The notes under the pieces are model-generated. The model made no database searches. It had not been told where the DNA came from and was given only the letters and a program-made list of their open reading frames with translations. This document shows positions 49,045 to 59,077 of a stretch of 64,000 nucleotides of DNA, one piece after another; positions within the stretch are counted from its first letter, which is position 1, and each line of letters opens with the position of its first letter. The DNA lies in the NCBI GenBank assembly GCA_963781585.1, contig CAWAGQ010000005.1, positions 256,001 through 320,000 of the forward strand, read 5' to 3'. Source of the stretch: an uncultured Gemmatimonadaceae bacterium (GTDB lineage Bacteria > Gemmatimonadota > Gemmatimonadetes > Gemmatimonadales > Gemmatimonadaceae). Position numbers and translations under genes: made by a program.

Positions 49045-50031
49045 TCACCGATGGGTGTGTTCCGCTCGCCTGGACGCGAGAATCGCGACCGCAAGGATCA
49101 GCACCACCGCACTAAGGACATACGCGTTGGCGCCAGGGCCCAGGTGCGTGCGGACTGCCGCGGGGAGTAACATCTTCACGCCTACCAGGCCAAGGATTGC
49201 GGCAAGCGCGATCTTCAGATACCGGAAGCGCACGATCGCCGCCGCGAGGACAAAGTAGAGGGACCGCAGACCAAGAATCGCGAACAGGTTGCTGGTGAAC
49301 ACAATGAACGGATCCGCCGTAATCGCGAAGATGGCCGGTATCGAATCCAGCGCGAAGACGAGGTCAAAACTCTCCACAAGGACCAGCGCCACCGCGAGGG
49401 GCGTGAACACCAGGCGTCCATCCACCCGCGACACGAAGCGACCGTCTTCGAAGCGATCACTCAGCGGCAGAAATCGGCGCAGCTGCCGGAGCAGGGTCAG
49501 TTCCTCCCGCTCGATCCGTTCATTCATCCTCGCCCGCAGCATTCTCACCGCCGCATAGAGAAGAAACAGGCCAAACACGAAAAGGACCCAGTGATAACGC
49601 GCGATGAGCGACGTCCCGAGAATGATCATCACTCCGCGCGCAACGAGCGCGCCTATGACTCCCCAGAAGAGGATCCGGTGCTGGTATCGAGGTGGCACGC
49701 GAAGATGCGCAAGGACCACCGCCATGACGAATACGTTGTCCGCGCTCAACGACAGCTCGATGAGATATCCCGTCGAGAACTTGAGGGCGGCCAGTCGTCC
49801 ACTGTTGACGGTTCCGTCGATGCCATCTACCCGCGTGCCCAGACCGAACCACTGATGATCATAGGCAACCCACATCACGCCGGCGAATATCAGAGCGATG
49901 ACAAGCAGCGTGACCGTGGTTCCCAGCGCCTCCCTGACGGAGACGACATGAGGATGACGGTTCACGACACCGAGGTCGATGCCGAGGATCAGAAGTACGA
50001 AGAGGACGAATCCTCCCCATACCCAAACAAC
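49045..50031 (-). CDS. TerC/Alx family membrane protein; start codon unresolved
   Basis: GYLIELSLSADNVFV, YQHRILFWG, DLVFALDSIPAIFAIT.DPF, SNLFAILGLRSLYF. The conserved WxWxxF..DLGV N-terminus extends in frame to about 50031. Confidence 0.9.
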   Translation of the reverse strand, partial: VVWVWGGFVLFVLLILGIDLGVVNRHPHVVSVREALGTTVTLLVIALIFAGVMWVAYDHQWFGLGTRVDGIDGTVNSGRLAALKFSTGYLIELSLSADNVFVMAVVLAHLRVPPRYQHRILFWGVIGALVARGVMIILGTSLIARYHWVLFVFGLFLLYAAVRMLRARMNERIEREELTLLRQLRRFLPLSDRFEDGRFVSRVDGRLVFTPLAVALVLVESFDLVFALDSIPAIFAITADPFIVFTSNLFAILGLRSLYFVLAAAIVRFRYLKIALAAILGLVGVKMLLPAAVRTHLGPGANAYVLSAVVLILAVAILASRRAEHTHR

Positions 50032-50291
50032 GTGGCCTGTCGTTGTCGGTCTGCCGATGAGTTATCGCGAGGTTACGGCGGGAACGCGAACACGCGAGGG
50101 TACGACGTGGATCGGACGCAAAGCGCAGCTCCCGGGGGCGCCCGTCACCGCCGATTGGCTCCACCATGAGGCCGGTCGCCCAGCAGTGTGTGGATCCGAT
50201 CCTGCTCCGCAACCTCCTCTGCTGCCACGCCTTCAGCCTTCACCACGCGACTCCCAGGTCGCATGGGACGGGACGCGAGTAATGTAATCCG

Positions 50292-51311
50292 ATGACGAAG
50301 TCATACAGGCCCGCTTGGTGGCTTCCTGATCCGCACTCCATGACGTTGTGGCCAAAGCTCTTTCGCGCTGCGGCGCTCGGCCCAACTGCTGTCGAAAGTT
50401 GGCCGACTTCGGACGGAGATTGGATAACCGTTGTACGCATTGACGCCGGATATCACGCGCCGCGCATCATCCTTCTGCATGGGTTGGAGGGTTCTCAGCA
50501 GTCACACTACGTGCGTGGCATGGCGGCCGAGGTACGAGCACGGAAGTGGGGCTTGGACCTCTTGTTGTTCAGAACTTGCGACGGAAAGGTGAACGCGACA
50601 CCGCGGTCATATCATTCCGGTGAGACCAGCGACCTGGACTTCGTTGTCCGACGAGTAACGGAGGAGTATCCCGAGGCACCGTGCGCGGTCGTTGGCGTCT
50701 CTCTTGGGGCAAACGTGGCGCTGAAATGGCTGGGCGAGCGTTGTGACCGCCTGCCGCCTCGCCTATGCGCTGCGGCAGCCGTCTCCACCCCGTTTGAACT
50801 CAGTCAGTCCAGCCAGCGCGTCCATCAAGGCTTTTCGCGCGTTTATGAGCGGCATTTTCTCAGGAGTCTCCGTCGAAAGGCGCTGAAGAAGCTCGATCGG
50901 TTTCCGAAAATCGCTGAGCGATCTGCGGTCGCGTCTGCCCAAAGCCTGCGGGACTTCGATGAGGCGTTCACCTCGATTGTCCACGGGTTTGAGAATGCGG
51001 ATGACTACTACAGTCGCTCGAGTTCCCTGGCGTTCCTGCCGTCGATACGCATCCCGACTCTGCTATTGAGTGCCAGAGATGACCCATTTCATCCTCCACG
51101 GGTGCTCGACCGAGTGGCCGAGATCGCCGCCAAGAACCCCCTCCTCAGGCCGGAATTCCCTCAACGCGGCGGGCACGCCGGTTTCGTTGCGGGTTCTCTA
51201 CCGGGCAAGGCGTCATATTATGCCGAACGGAGGATTGCCGAGTTCTGCGCACACGAGTTCGTCAGGGCATCCGAAACGACCGGCGAGGAGCGGCCAAGGG
51301 CAGGTCGCTAG
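50292..51311 (+). CDS. yheT: YheT-family alpha/beta hydrolase
   Basis: LHGLEGS, YHSGETSDL, GVSLGAN, FDE..T..VHGF..ADDYY, DDPF, GGHAGF. Confidence 0.88.
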   Translation: MTKSYRPAWWLPDPHSMTLWPKLFRAAALGPTAVESWPTSDGDWITVVRIDAGYHAPRIILLHGLEGSQQSHYVRGMAAEVRARKWGLDLLLFRTCDGKVNATPRSYHSGETSDLDFVVRRVTEEYPEAPCAVVGVSLGANVALKWLGERCDRLPPRLCAAAAVSTPFELSQSSQRVHQGFSRVYERHFLRSLRRKALKKLDRFPKIAERSAVASAQSLRDFDEAFTSIVHGFENADDYYSRSSSLAFLPSIRIPTLLLSARDDPFHPPRVLDRVAEIAAKNPLLRPEFPQRGGHAGFVAGSLPGKASYYAERRIAEFCAHEFVRASETTGEERPRAGR

Positions 51312-51443
51312 AGTGGTGTCGGGTGCGGCTCGAGGTCCACAGAGCTTGACCGGCGAGCCCCCCTCCTTGCAGCGTGAGGTAGAACAAGGAGAGTCGCTGC
51401 TGCGAGGGAGTATTCCAGTGACTGAAATGGGTGATCGACGTCG

Positions 51444-52004
51444 ATGAGCCTGTTCTTTGCCGCTGCCTTCCTGCTCGGCGTCGCGGCAGGCGTCTACTTT
51501 CTCGCTCGAGGAGTTGAACGTCTTCCGAAGTCCGTAGAGTCCCTGTCTGTCGATCAGTTTGGCAGACTCTCCCGGGCTGGGAGATTAGCCCTGGGAGCTC
51601 CGATCCTGGCTGCTTTTCTCATGGTCTTTGGACTCGTCGGATACGTCGCCGGGCGCGTAGGTCTTCGAGGCAGCGGTACACTCGTGCTTGTTGCCACCGC
51701 GGCCGGCTCCCTTGCCAGTTGGCTCGCCGTCCGTTCGGTGACTCGATGGGCGCGATACGCGGCGACTCACGACGGTCCGGACGAACGCTACGAGCTACAG
51801 GGACACGTGGCAACAGTCGTTCGCGCGGCCGACAGTGCTCGCGACGCAGAAGTGGAGTATGTCCTGAATGGAAGGCGTGTCGTGATGCCGGCTCGGGGCG
51901 AAAGTACCACCCCGCTGGCTGTGGGCACGGAAGTGGTGATCGAGCGACTCGAGATGGGGGTCGCATTCGTCGAGTCATGGACGCAGGTCGAGGAACGCAT
52001 CTGA
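51444..52004 (+). CDS. Short NfeD-like protein (3 TM plus C-terminal OB fold)
   Basis: AFLMVFGLVGY TM; LQGHVATV...PAR..PLAVGTEVVIERLE.GVAFVE. Confidence 0.75.
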   Translation: MSLFFAAAFLLGVAAGVYFLARGVERLPKSVESLSVDQFGRLSRAGRLALGAPILAAFLMVFGLVGYVAGRVGLRGSGTLVLVATAAGSLASWLAVRSVTRWARYAATHDGPDERYELQGHVATVVRAADSARDAEVEYVLNGRRVVMPARGESTTPLAVGTEVVIERLEMGVAFVESWTQVEERI

Positions 52005-52043
52005 ATTTCACCCCGACCGGATTCCCCTTGCTGGAGCGTCGTG

Positions 52044-52358
52044 ATGACTGAGGCTGCAGTGTTCATCCTGGTATTCGGCGGCCTCTTCGTGCTGCGCATC
52101 GTGGCGGCAACGATCGTGTTCGGCGTCTTGTTGCCGAAGGGAGATCGGTGTCCAAACTGCGACGCGATCACTCTTCGAGTGCAATCGCCGTTCTCCGATC
52201 GCTTTCTTCCGTGGTTTCGGAAACGCTGGTGTCTCGCGTGTGGGTGGCATGGCATGTTGCGCCGGGGCTTGCCCGGCACTGAGACGCCAGCCGTGCCCGA
52301 CGCCGACGTCAAGCGAGGGCGCCGACAGCCACGACGCAACGCCCACCGATGGACATGA
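52044..52358 (+). CDS. Small membrane protein with zinc ribbon
   Basis: N-terminal TM followed by CPNC...CLAC; GGAG RBS. Confidence 0.65.
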   Translation: MTEAAVFILVFGGLFVLRIVAATIVFGVLLPKGDRCPNCDAITLRVQSPFSDRFLPWFRKRWCLACGWHGMLRRGLPGTETPAVPDADVKRGRRQPRRNAHRWT

Positions 52359-52559
52359 ATCGCAATCGGGGCAATTCCCCGCCGACGTGCAGAACTGCTC
52401 ACTCGGCGACGACGTGCAGCCACCGATCCCCCTCGCGGCACCGTATTAGATGCACATGGATAATATATTGTGCTCCGGACCCCGGTTCCCGGAATGGCGG
52501 CGTCGCAGCACCCGGGTGTCCCCTGTTCGAGTCCCGCTTCCGATCATCGGGAACCACTC

Positions 52560-54530
52560 ATGCGCAGTCCTCTCCACATGCGGCGCTCTGACTCCGTGCG
52601 GTCCTTCGAGGCCACGTTCGACGTCATCGTAATAGGCGGCGGCCATGCTGGGACCGAGGCGGCCGTCGCGGCATCCCGTGCAGGAGCGCGGGTCGGCCTC
52701 ATCACCAGCGCGGTTGAGACGATTGGGCAGATGTCGTGCAATCCCGCGATCGGCGGAATTGCCAAGGGGACCGTGGTGCGCGAGGTGGATGCCCTGGGCG
52801 GCCTCATGGGAAAGGCAACCGACATGGCGATGATCCAGTTCCGGATGTTGAATCGGAGCAAGGGAGCCGCCGTTTGGGCGCCGAGGGCCCAATGCGATCG
52901 GGGTCTCTACCGCCGCGCCGTGAGGACTCTGCTCGATCAGCATCCGGCTCTCCATATCGTGCAGGGAACCGTCTCCGCGTTGCTACTGGCCACGGACGAG
53001 CAAGCGGTGCGGGGAGTGGAGACGCTCGAAGGCCGGCGATTCGGTGCAGCAGCGGTGGTGCTAACGGCCGGCACCTTTCTGCGTGGCCGCATCCATATCG
53101 GAACAACGACCCGATTCGCGGGCGGGCGCGCAGGCGAAGCGCCGGCCACCCATCTGGCCGAACAACTGGAATGCGCCGGCCTGGAGATCGCGCGCTTCAA
53201 GACCGGCACACCGCCTAGAATCGACGGTCGTTCCGTGGATCTGTCGATGCTGGAGCGACAGGATAGCGAAATCACGCTCTATGACTATTCGTGGTCGCAC
53301 TTCTGGGAAACCACCCGTGTGCAGGGTGGTGGCAGTCGACATCCGCCCCAACTGCCCTGCTGGATTACCCATCTTGAGTCTCCAGGCAAGCAGCTGATCG
53401 GCGATCACCTTGCGCAGTCGGCCATGTACGGAGGTGCGATCAGCGCTCGCGGTCCGCGCTACTGCCCCTCGGTCGAGGACAAGGTGGTCCGGTTCACCAA
53501 TGCGGAGCGCCATCAGGTGTTTCTCGAACCCGAAGGCCACGACACATCCGAACTGTATGTCAACGGACTTTCTACTTCGCTGCCGGCAGACGTTCAGCTC
53601 GCGGTCCTGCGGACCATTCGAGGACTGCGGGAAGTGCGAATGACGCGTGCGGGGTACGCGATCGAGTACGACTACTTTCCTCCCACCCAGCTCAAGACCT
53701 CATTGGAGTCGCGATTTCTGCGGGGCCTGTTCCTCGCCGGCCAGGTCAACGGTACCACGGGATACGAGGAGGCTGCGGGACAGGGGTGCGTAGCCGGAAT
53801 CAACGCGGCGCTCAGCGTGCGTGGAGATTCGCCCGCGGTGCTCGGTCGCGAATCGTCATATATCGGTGTGCTGGTCGACGACCTCGTGTCGCGTGGTGTC
53901 GACGAGCCCTATCGGCTCTTCACGTCTCGCTCCGAGTTTCGCCTCACCGTTCGCCAGGATAATGCACTCTCCCGACTCGCCCCAATTGCGATCGAGCTGG
54001 GGCTGTTTTCGGACGGTGAACTGGCGCTTGTGCGCCGGCGCGATGATGACGAGGTACACGCCCTGCGCATTGCCCAAGCAACGTCCGTTCGACCAGACGC
54101 TGTCAACGCGTTGCTCCACGAGGCGAAGACCACGGGCATCACGGCGCCCGCCAGAATCTCCGAACTCGCCCGGAGGCCGGCTGTCGGACTGCGACACCTT
54201 TTCGCGGCAGCCGGTGTCGCCGAGAACATCTGCAACGATGCCATTACCACCGTGGAACTGGAGCTGAAGTACGCCGGGTATTTCGCAAGGGAACGAGCCC
54301 AAGCAGAGAGACTGCGCCAGATGGGAGCATTTGCCCTGGCCTGCAACCTTCCATACGAGACGTTCCGATCGCTTTCCTCTGAGGCACGACAGAAGCTGGC
54401 CGTGCGAAGGCCTGCCACACTGGCGCAGGCGGGGAGTATTCCGGGCGTGAGCCCAAGCGATCTGCAGAACCTGGTCATCGAAGTCGAGCGCCTCCGTCGC
54501 GTTGCTGATTCAGTTGTGAACGCGTCTTGA
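52560..54530 (+). CDS. mnmG: tRNA U34 carboxymethylaminomethyl modification enzyme
   Basis: GGGHAGTEA, MSCNPAIGG, FKTGTPPR, GPRYCPSVEDK, GQVNGTTGYEEA, EPYRLFTSRSEFRL. Confidence 0.97.
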   Translation: MRSPLHMRRSDSVRSFEATFDVIVIGGGHAGTEAAVAASRAGARVGLITSAVETIGQMSCNPAIGGIAKGTVVREVDALGGLMGKATDMAMIQFRMLNRSKGAAVWAPRAQCDRGLYRRAVRTLLDQHPALHIVQGTVSALLLATDEQAVRGVETLEGRRFGAAAVVLTAGTFLRGRIHIGTTTRFAGGRAGEAPATHLAEQLECAGLEIARFKTGTPPRIDGRSVDLSMLERQDSEITLYDYSWSHFWETTRVQGGGSRHPPQLPCWITHLESPGKQLIGDHLAQSAMYGGAISARGPRYCPSVEDKVVRFTNAERHQVFLEPEGHDTSELYVNGLSTSLPADVQLAVLRTIRGLREVRMTRAGYAIEYDYFPPTQLKTSLESRFLRGLFLAGQVNGTTGYEEAAGQGCVAGINAALSVRGDSPAVLGRESSYIGVLVDDLVSRGVDEPYRLFTSRSEFRLTVRQDNALSRLAPIAIELGLFSDGELALVRRRDDDEVHALRIAQATSVRPDAVNALLHEAKTTGITAPARISELARRPAVGLRHLFAAAGVAENICNDAITTVELELKYAGYFARERAQAERLRQMGAFALACNLPYETFRSLSSEARQKLAVRRPATLAQAGSIPGVSPSDLQNLVIEVERLRRVADSVVNAS

Positions 54531-54570
54531 CGTTGCGCTGGTCCCAAAGACCTGGGACATCCGACAACTC

Positions 54571-56625
54571 ATGTCTGCTATCGATTCTGACGCGCCCGTC
54601 GCCAGGCGCCGCAGCTTGCTTCTCGCGCGACTCTCGGCCATCGCGCTGCTGGTGCTCGGGATCCTGCCCGTCGCCAACTGGATTCCCGGCGGACATGACG
54701 CACCCTGGTATCGCGTCTCCCTGAACGAATGGATCTACGGCACGTTGGTCGCCGCTGGCGTCACGGCCATCGTCGCGATACTCGCGCGTCGTATGCCGTT
54801 TCGTGTTGGCAGCGCCGTGGAGCACGTGAGTGCGCTGGCGGAGCGAAACCATCGGGCTACGACCGTCGCGCTGACGGCTCTCGCCTTCTGTCTCTATGCT
54901 GTCATCGCACGCTGGGTCTTCTCAGCGAAGCCCCTCTTGATTGACGAGATCGTGCAGGTGATGCAAGCCCGTATTTTCGCAGCGGGACGATTGGTGCGGA
55001 CCGTATCCGCGGCTCCCGAGTTCTTCAGTGCTCTTAATGTCGTTGACTTCAACGGACGGTCCTTCTCTCAGTTTCCTCCCGGGGGGCCGTTGATGCTGAC
55101 GCCGGGAGTCCTTCTGGGAGCCCCGTGGCTGACTGGACCAGTTTTCGGGGCGCTCTCGGTGGCCGTGTACTGGCAGATTGTTCGCAGTGCCGAACCCCGC
55201 CACTCGGTGTCGCTCGGTGCGGCGATGCTGCTCGCGTTCGCGCCATTCATGGCCTTCATGGCCGGCTTCCACATGAACCACGTGCCGACGTTGTTCTGGC
55301 TGTGCCTGGCGATGTGGAGTCTGCAGCGGCTCATGCAAGGCAGCGGGCCGTCTCCCCGCCTCGCGGCATTATGCGGACTTTCATTCGGCTTGATGGCCAC
55401 AATCCGGCCGGTTGATGCCTTGGCGTTCGCTCTTCCCGCGGGCGTGTGGCTGCTGAGCCGCGCCATCCGTGCGCCAGACGTCTGGCGTGACGTGGTTGTC
55501 GCCGGAGTGGGGGTTGCAGTGCCCCTGCTCATACTGCTCGCGTTCAATGCCCATACCACGGGGAGTCCGTTCCTCTTTGGCTATGAGCTGTTATGGGGAA
55601 AGAGCCATGCGCTTGGCTTCCACCGGGCGCCATGGGGCATCTCGCATACTCCGGCACGCGGACTGGAGCTGGTCAACCTCTACTTGCTCCGGCTGCAGAA
55701 CTACCTCTTCGAGACGCCCGTCCCGTCGTTGGTCCCGTGTGCACTTGCACTTGCGCTGACGCCAGCCCTTCGTGCTTTTGACCGCTATCTCCTTTGGGGA
55801 TGCACCCTGCTCGTCACGAGCTATTTCGCGTACTGGCACGATGGGTTCTTTCTTGGGCCTCGCTTCTTTTACTTGCTGCTTCCCGCGCTTGTCCTCTGGA
55901 CCGCACGTTTCCCATCACTGGTTCGAGCTCGCTTGCCGCGAGTCCCGAGCGCGCATCGCATCGTTCTCATCGGATATGCGGCGAGCGCGTGCGTGGCGCT
56001 CGTGGTGTCCGTCCCGGTACGGGTGAAACAATACGCGGGCGGATTGACCTCAATGCGCCAGGGCTTCGGCGATCCCGCATCGGTTGCCGGCGTGCATGAC
56101 GCACTCATACTGATCCGAGAAAGTTGGGGAGCTCAGATCATAGCGCGATTGTGGGCTCTCGGCGTACCCCGAAGCGACGCGGAGCGGATCTACTGGGGCG
56201 TGGATACGTGCGAGCTGGAGGAGGCCGTGTCGAGTCTCGAGCTCTCGGGCATACGGGGTGACCCGGCGGTCCGCGCGTTACAGCCGTTGCTCCGCGATTC
56301 GCTTCGTCTTGTCCGGAGCGACCTGTCACCCGATTCAACGGAGCGGGTTCTGCCCGGTTCGAACTACGGGCTGGTCTGTTCTCAGCGGATCACGGAGGAT
56401 CGCGCCGGATATACCTTTCTTGCGCCGGCGCTGGCCATGAACCCAGGGACGAATGTCTATGCGCGGGATTTGCATCAACGGGACAGCCTGCTGTTCCAGG
56501 ACTTTCCCGGTCGGCCAGTGTATCTGTTGCGCCCGCGTACCAGCGACTTGGGTGCCCCGCTGGAACTGACGCCCTTGTCCCTCGATTCTGCGCGTGCCGA
56601 TTGGCGCCTCGCATTGCAGAACTGA
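54571..56625 (+). CDS. GT-C (ArnT/PMT, GT39-like) polytopic glycosyltransferase
   Basis: LIDE motif in the first loop, SQFPPG, more than 10 TM helices, GPRF, soluble C-terminal domain. Confidence 0.75.
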   Translation: MSAIDSDAPVARRRSLLLARLSAIALLVLGILPVANWIPGGHDAPWYRVSLNEWIYGTLVAAGVTAIVAILARRMPFRVGSAVEHVSALAERNHRATTVALTALAFCLYAVIARWVFSAKPLLIDEIVQVMQARIFAAGRLVRTVSAAPEFFSALNVVDFNGRSFSQFPPGGPLMLTPGVLLGAPWLTGPVFGALSVAVYWQIVRSAEPRHSVSLGAAMLLAFAPFMAFMAGFHMNHVPTLFWLCLAMWSLQRLMQGSGPSPRLAALCGLSFGLMATIRPVDALAFALPAGVWLLSRAIRAPDVWRDVVVAGVGVAVPLLILLAFNAHTTGSPFLFGYELLWGKSHALGFHRAPWGISHTPARGLELVNLYLLRLQNYLFETPVPSLVPCALALALTPALRAFDRYLLWGCTLLVTSYFAYWHDGFFLGPRFFYLLLPALVLWTARFPSLVRARLPRVPSAHRIVLIGYAASACVALVVSVPVRVKQYAGGLTSMRQGFGDPASVAGVHDALILIRESWGAQIIARLWALGVPRSDAERIYWGVDTCELEEAVSSLELSGIRGDPAVRALQPLLRDSLRLVRSDLSPDSTERVLPGSNYGLVCSQRITEDRAGYTFLAPALAMNPGTNVYARDLHQRDSLLFQDFPGRPVYLLRPRTSDLGAPLELTPLSLDSARADWRLALQN

Positions 56626-56700
56626 GGAAGCGCGACTGGGTCATCGCGCTTGTCGACCGATATACCTTCCCCGAAGTGAGCCCCGAGAGGCAGCGCTCAA

Positions 56701-56728
56701 TTAGTATCTAGTAGTGTATAAATACTAA
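56701..56728. promoter_or_regulatory. AT-rich 10-8-10 inverted repeat of unknown function
   Basis: TTAGTATCTA-GTAGTGTA-TAAATACTAA (1 mismatch). Confidence 0.4.
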
Positions 56729-57222
56729 ACACCCATGTTCCGTCGTGAACAGGAGGACTTCAGCGGTGGGTTGAAGTTGAATCGCTGATGAAGCCCGAAG
56801 CTCGCGTCGCGACATCGCCCGGTTGCCTGCCGGCTCATTGTGACGAGTGGTCTCGAACAAAGCAGGTGTCCCGGCCTACAAGCAGTTCGTCCGGGAACGT
56901 CCACCGAGAGCGCCGGGATACCGGGCTTGATCGCGTGTGTCGCCAACCTCGGGCGCCACCGTACTCCGAACGCTCATTCAACAACCGCGCTTGCCCTGGC
57001 AGCATCGCTGGCGTGGCATCCGCAACAGCCACGCTGAGATGATCGCTGCCGTCTGCTTGTGAATGTCGCCTGCCAGGGAGCACGTGAGTTCGCTGGCGAT
57101 GGTGAGGCGCCAAGCGGAGTTTCATCTACTCTCGACGAAACGGGTGCGGCCGAGGCAGGCACGAGAGCATCCCTCCACGCTTGCGAGAGGAGGGAGAGCT
57201 AAGTACCGGCAGTTTCCTGTTC

Positions 57223-57238
57223 TGTTTCACGTGAAACA
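57223..57238. other. parS: parS centromere site
   Basis: Perfect TGTTTCACGTGAAACA, 78 bp upstream of parA. Confidence 0.95.
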
Positions 57239-57316
57239 CGACCGTCCGCTGGCCACGGGGCTCGGCCCCAAGTATGTTCGTCAGAATCTGGCAGGGTACT
57301 AAATGGTTTTGGCGAA

Positions 57317-58123
57317 TTGACCCAAATCATCGCGATTGCCAACCAAAAAGGCGGCGTTGGGAAGACCACAACTGCGGTCAACCTTGCCGCCTGTCTTGCT
57401 GCGGCTGGCCATTCGGTGCTCCTCGTGGACGGCGATCCCCAGGCGAATGCGTCCAGTGCGGTCGGAATCCGGCGAGAGAATCTGCACGGTAGCCTCTACG
57501 ACGTATTGATAGGTCGTCGGCGAATCGAGGAGATGATCTCTCGCCATGTGCAGTTCGAAGCGCTTGACGTACTGCCGTCAACGCCAGATCTGGCAGGAGC
57601 GGAGGTTGAGCTGGTTAGCGTGCCGAGGCGTGAGTTTGCGATGGCAGACGCTCTCCGCACCTTGAGCAGGTCGTACGACTTCATTCTCATTGACTGCCCG
57701 CCCTCACTGGGCTTGTTGACCGTCAACATGCTTTCGGCAGCTGATGGAGTGCTCATCCCTCTCCAGTGCGAATACTTCGCCTTGGAGGGTCTGACGCAGC
57801 TAGTTCACACAATTCGATTGGTCAAGCAGTCGCTGAACTCCGGGCTGCTGATTTATGGGGTTCTGCTAACCATGTACGATGCCAGATTGAACCTCTCGAA
57901 GCAGGTGGCGGCTGATGTACGTCAGTTCTTCAATGAGCTGGTCTTTCGGACGGTAGTGCAGAGAAACATCCGTTTAGCGGAGGCACCGAGTTTTGGACAG
58001 CCCATTCTTCAGTATGATATCGCGTCCGTTGGAGCGCAGGCGTATCTCCAACTGGCAGAAGAGATTGTGTCGCGCTTGACTACGAATGTTCCTCGCGAGT
58101 CAAATACACTATTGACCGGCTAG
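57317..58123 (+). CDS. parA: ParA/Soj ATPase
   Basis: NQKGGVGKTTT, DPQANA, IDCPPSLG, QCEYFALEGL, RLAEAPSFG; TTG start. Confidence 0.96.
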   Translation: MTQIIAIANQKGGVGKTTTAVNLAACLAAAGHSVLLVDGDPQANASSAVGIRRENLHGSLYDVLIGRRRIEEMISRHVQFEALDVLPSTPDLAGAEVELVSVPRREFAMADALRTLSRSYDFILIDCPPSLGLLTVNMLSAADGVLIPLQCEYFALEGLTQLVHTIRLVKQSLNSGLLIYGVLLTMYDARLNLSKQVAADVRQFFNELVFRTVVQRNIRLAEAPSFGQPILQYDIASVGAQAYLQLAEEIVSRLTTNVPRESNTLLTG

Positions 58124-58129
58124 CAATAG

Positions 58130-59035
58130 ATGACAGATCCACTACCACAAGACAGAGCGCAACGGCTCGGTCGAGGCCTAGGGGCCCTGATTAATCCAGT
58201 AGGCGTGTCGGATTCCACCGGGCCAGGAGAGAGGCTCCGGGATATTCCGTTGACCTCGATCGTCCCGAATCCCCATCAGCCCAGGCGGCAATTCCGACAC
58301 GATGAACTCGCTGAGCTGGAGAACAGTCTACGCACAAACGGACTGCTCCAGCCGATCACAGTACGTGCTGCAGGCAGCGCCTACGAGATCATCGCCGGCG
58401 AGCGACGTGTTCGCGCCGCTCGGGCACTAGGCTGGACTTCTATTCCAGCCCTCGTCCGCGAAAGCAGTGACTCCCAATCGTTGAGCTTGGCACTCGTCGA
58501 GAACCTGCAGCGCCAAGACTTGAATCCCATCGAAGAGGCTGAGGGCTACAGTCGACTCATTCATGAATTTGGGCTTACCCAGATGCAAGTAGGCGAAGCA
58601 GTCGGAAGAGATCGCTCCACAGTGGCAAACCTGCTTCGCCTTCTCAATCTTCCCGAGGAGGTACAGCAGTTCGTACGCGACGGGCTTCTCACCGAGGGGC
58701 ATGCACGCGCTCTGCTCTCGTTCGCGGATACTGGCTCACTACTCAAGGCCGCCCGGCAGGCTGTCAGACGAAAGTTGACCGTTCGCGACCTCGAGCGTCT
58801 TGCACAAGAAGGAAAGGGCAAGCCGCGCAGCCGGCGGGATGAGTCAGGTCGTCCGGCGGTAGGCGCCGCAGAGGTACGAGATATGATCGATCGGCTGCGG
58901 CGCTATCTACAAACCGACATCCAGATCGTCACGAAGGATAACACCCAGGGAGAATTGCGAGTCCGTTTCTACTCCCCTGATGACCTGGAGCGACTCCTGG
59001 AGCTGATCACCGGCAAGATGGAGCATGGCCCATGA
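58130..59035 (+). CDS. parB: ParB/Spo0J CTPase
   Basis: LGRGLGAL, PNPHQPR, AGERR, ENLQRQDLNPIEEA, RSTVANLLRLL, EGHARALL. Confidence 0.96.
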   Translation: MTDPLPQDRAQRLGRGLGALINPVGVSDSTGPGERLRDIPLTSIVPNPHQPRRQFRHDELAELENSLRTNGLLQPITVRAAGSAYEIIAGERRVRAARALGWTSIPALVRESSDSQSLSLALVENLQRQDLNPIEEAEGYSRLIHEFGLTQMQVGEAVGRDRSTVANLLRLLNLPEEVQQFVRDGLLTEGHARALLSFADTGSLLKAARQAVRRKLTVRDLERLAQEGKGKPRSRRDESGRPAVGAAEVRDMIDRLRRYLQTDIQIVTKDNTQGELRVRFYSPDDLERLLELITGKMEHGP

Positions 59036-59077
59036 CTGAGCCCCTCGACGCAGAAGTGCTGAACTCACGGAGACCAC

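Noticed and set aside
50040..50290. yybP-ykoY (Mn) or c-di-GMP-I riboswitch near terC
   Set aside because: Only fragments (GGCAGACC; GGACGCAAAGC); the GGGGAGTA and GCAAA/GNRA elements are absent.
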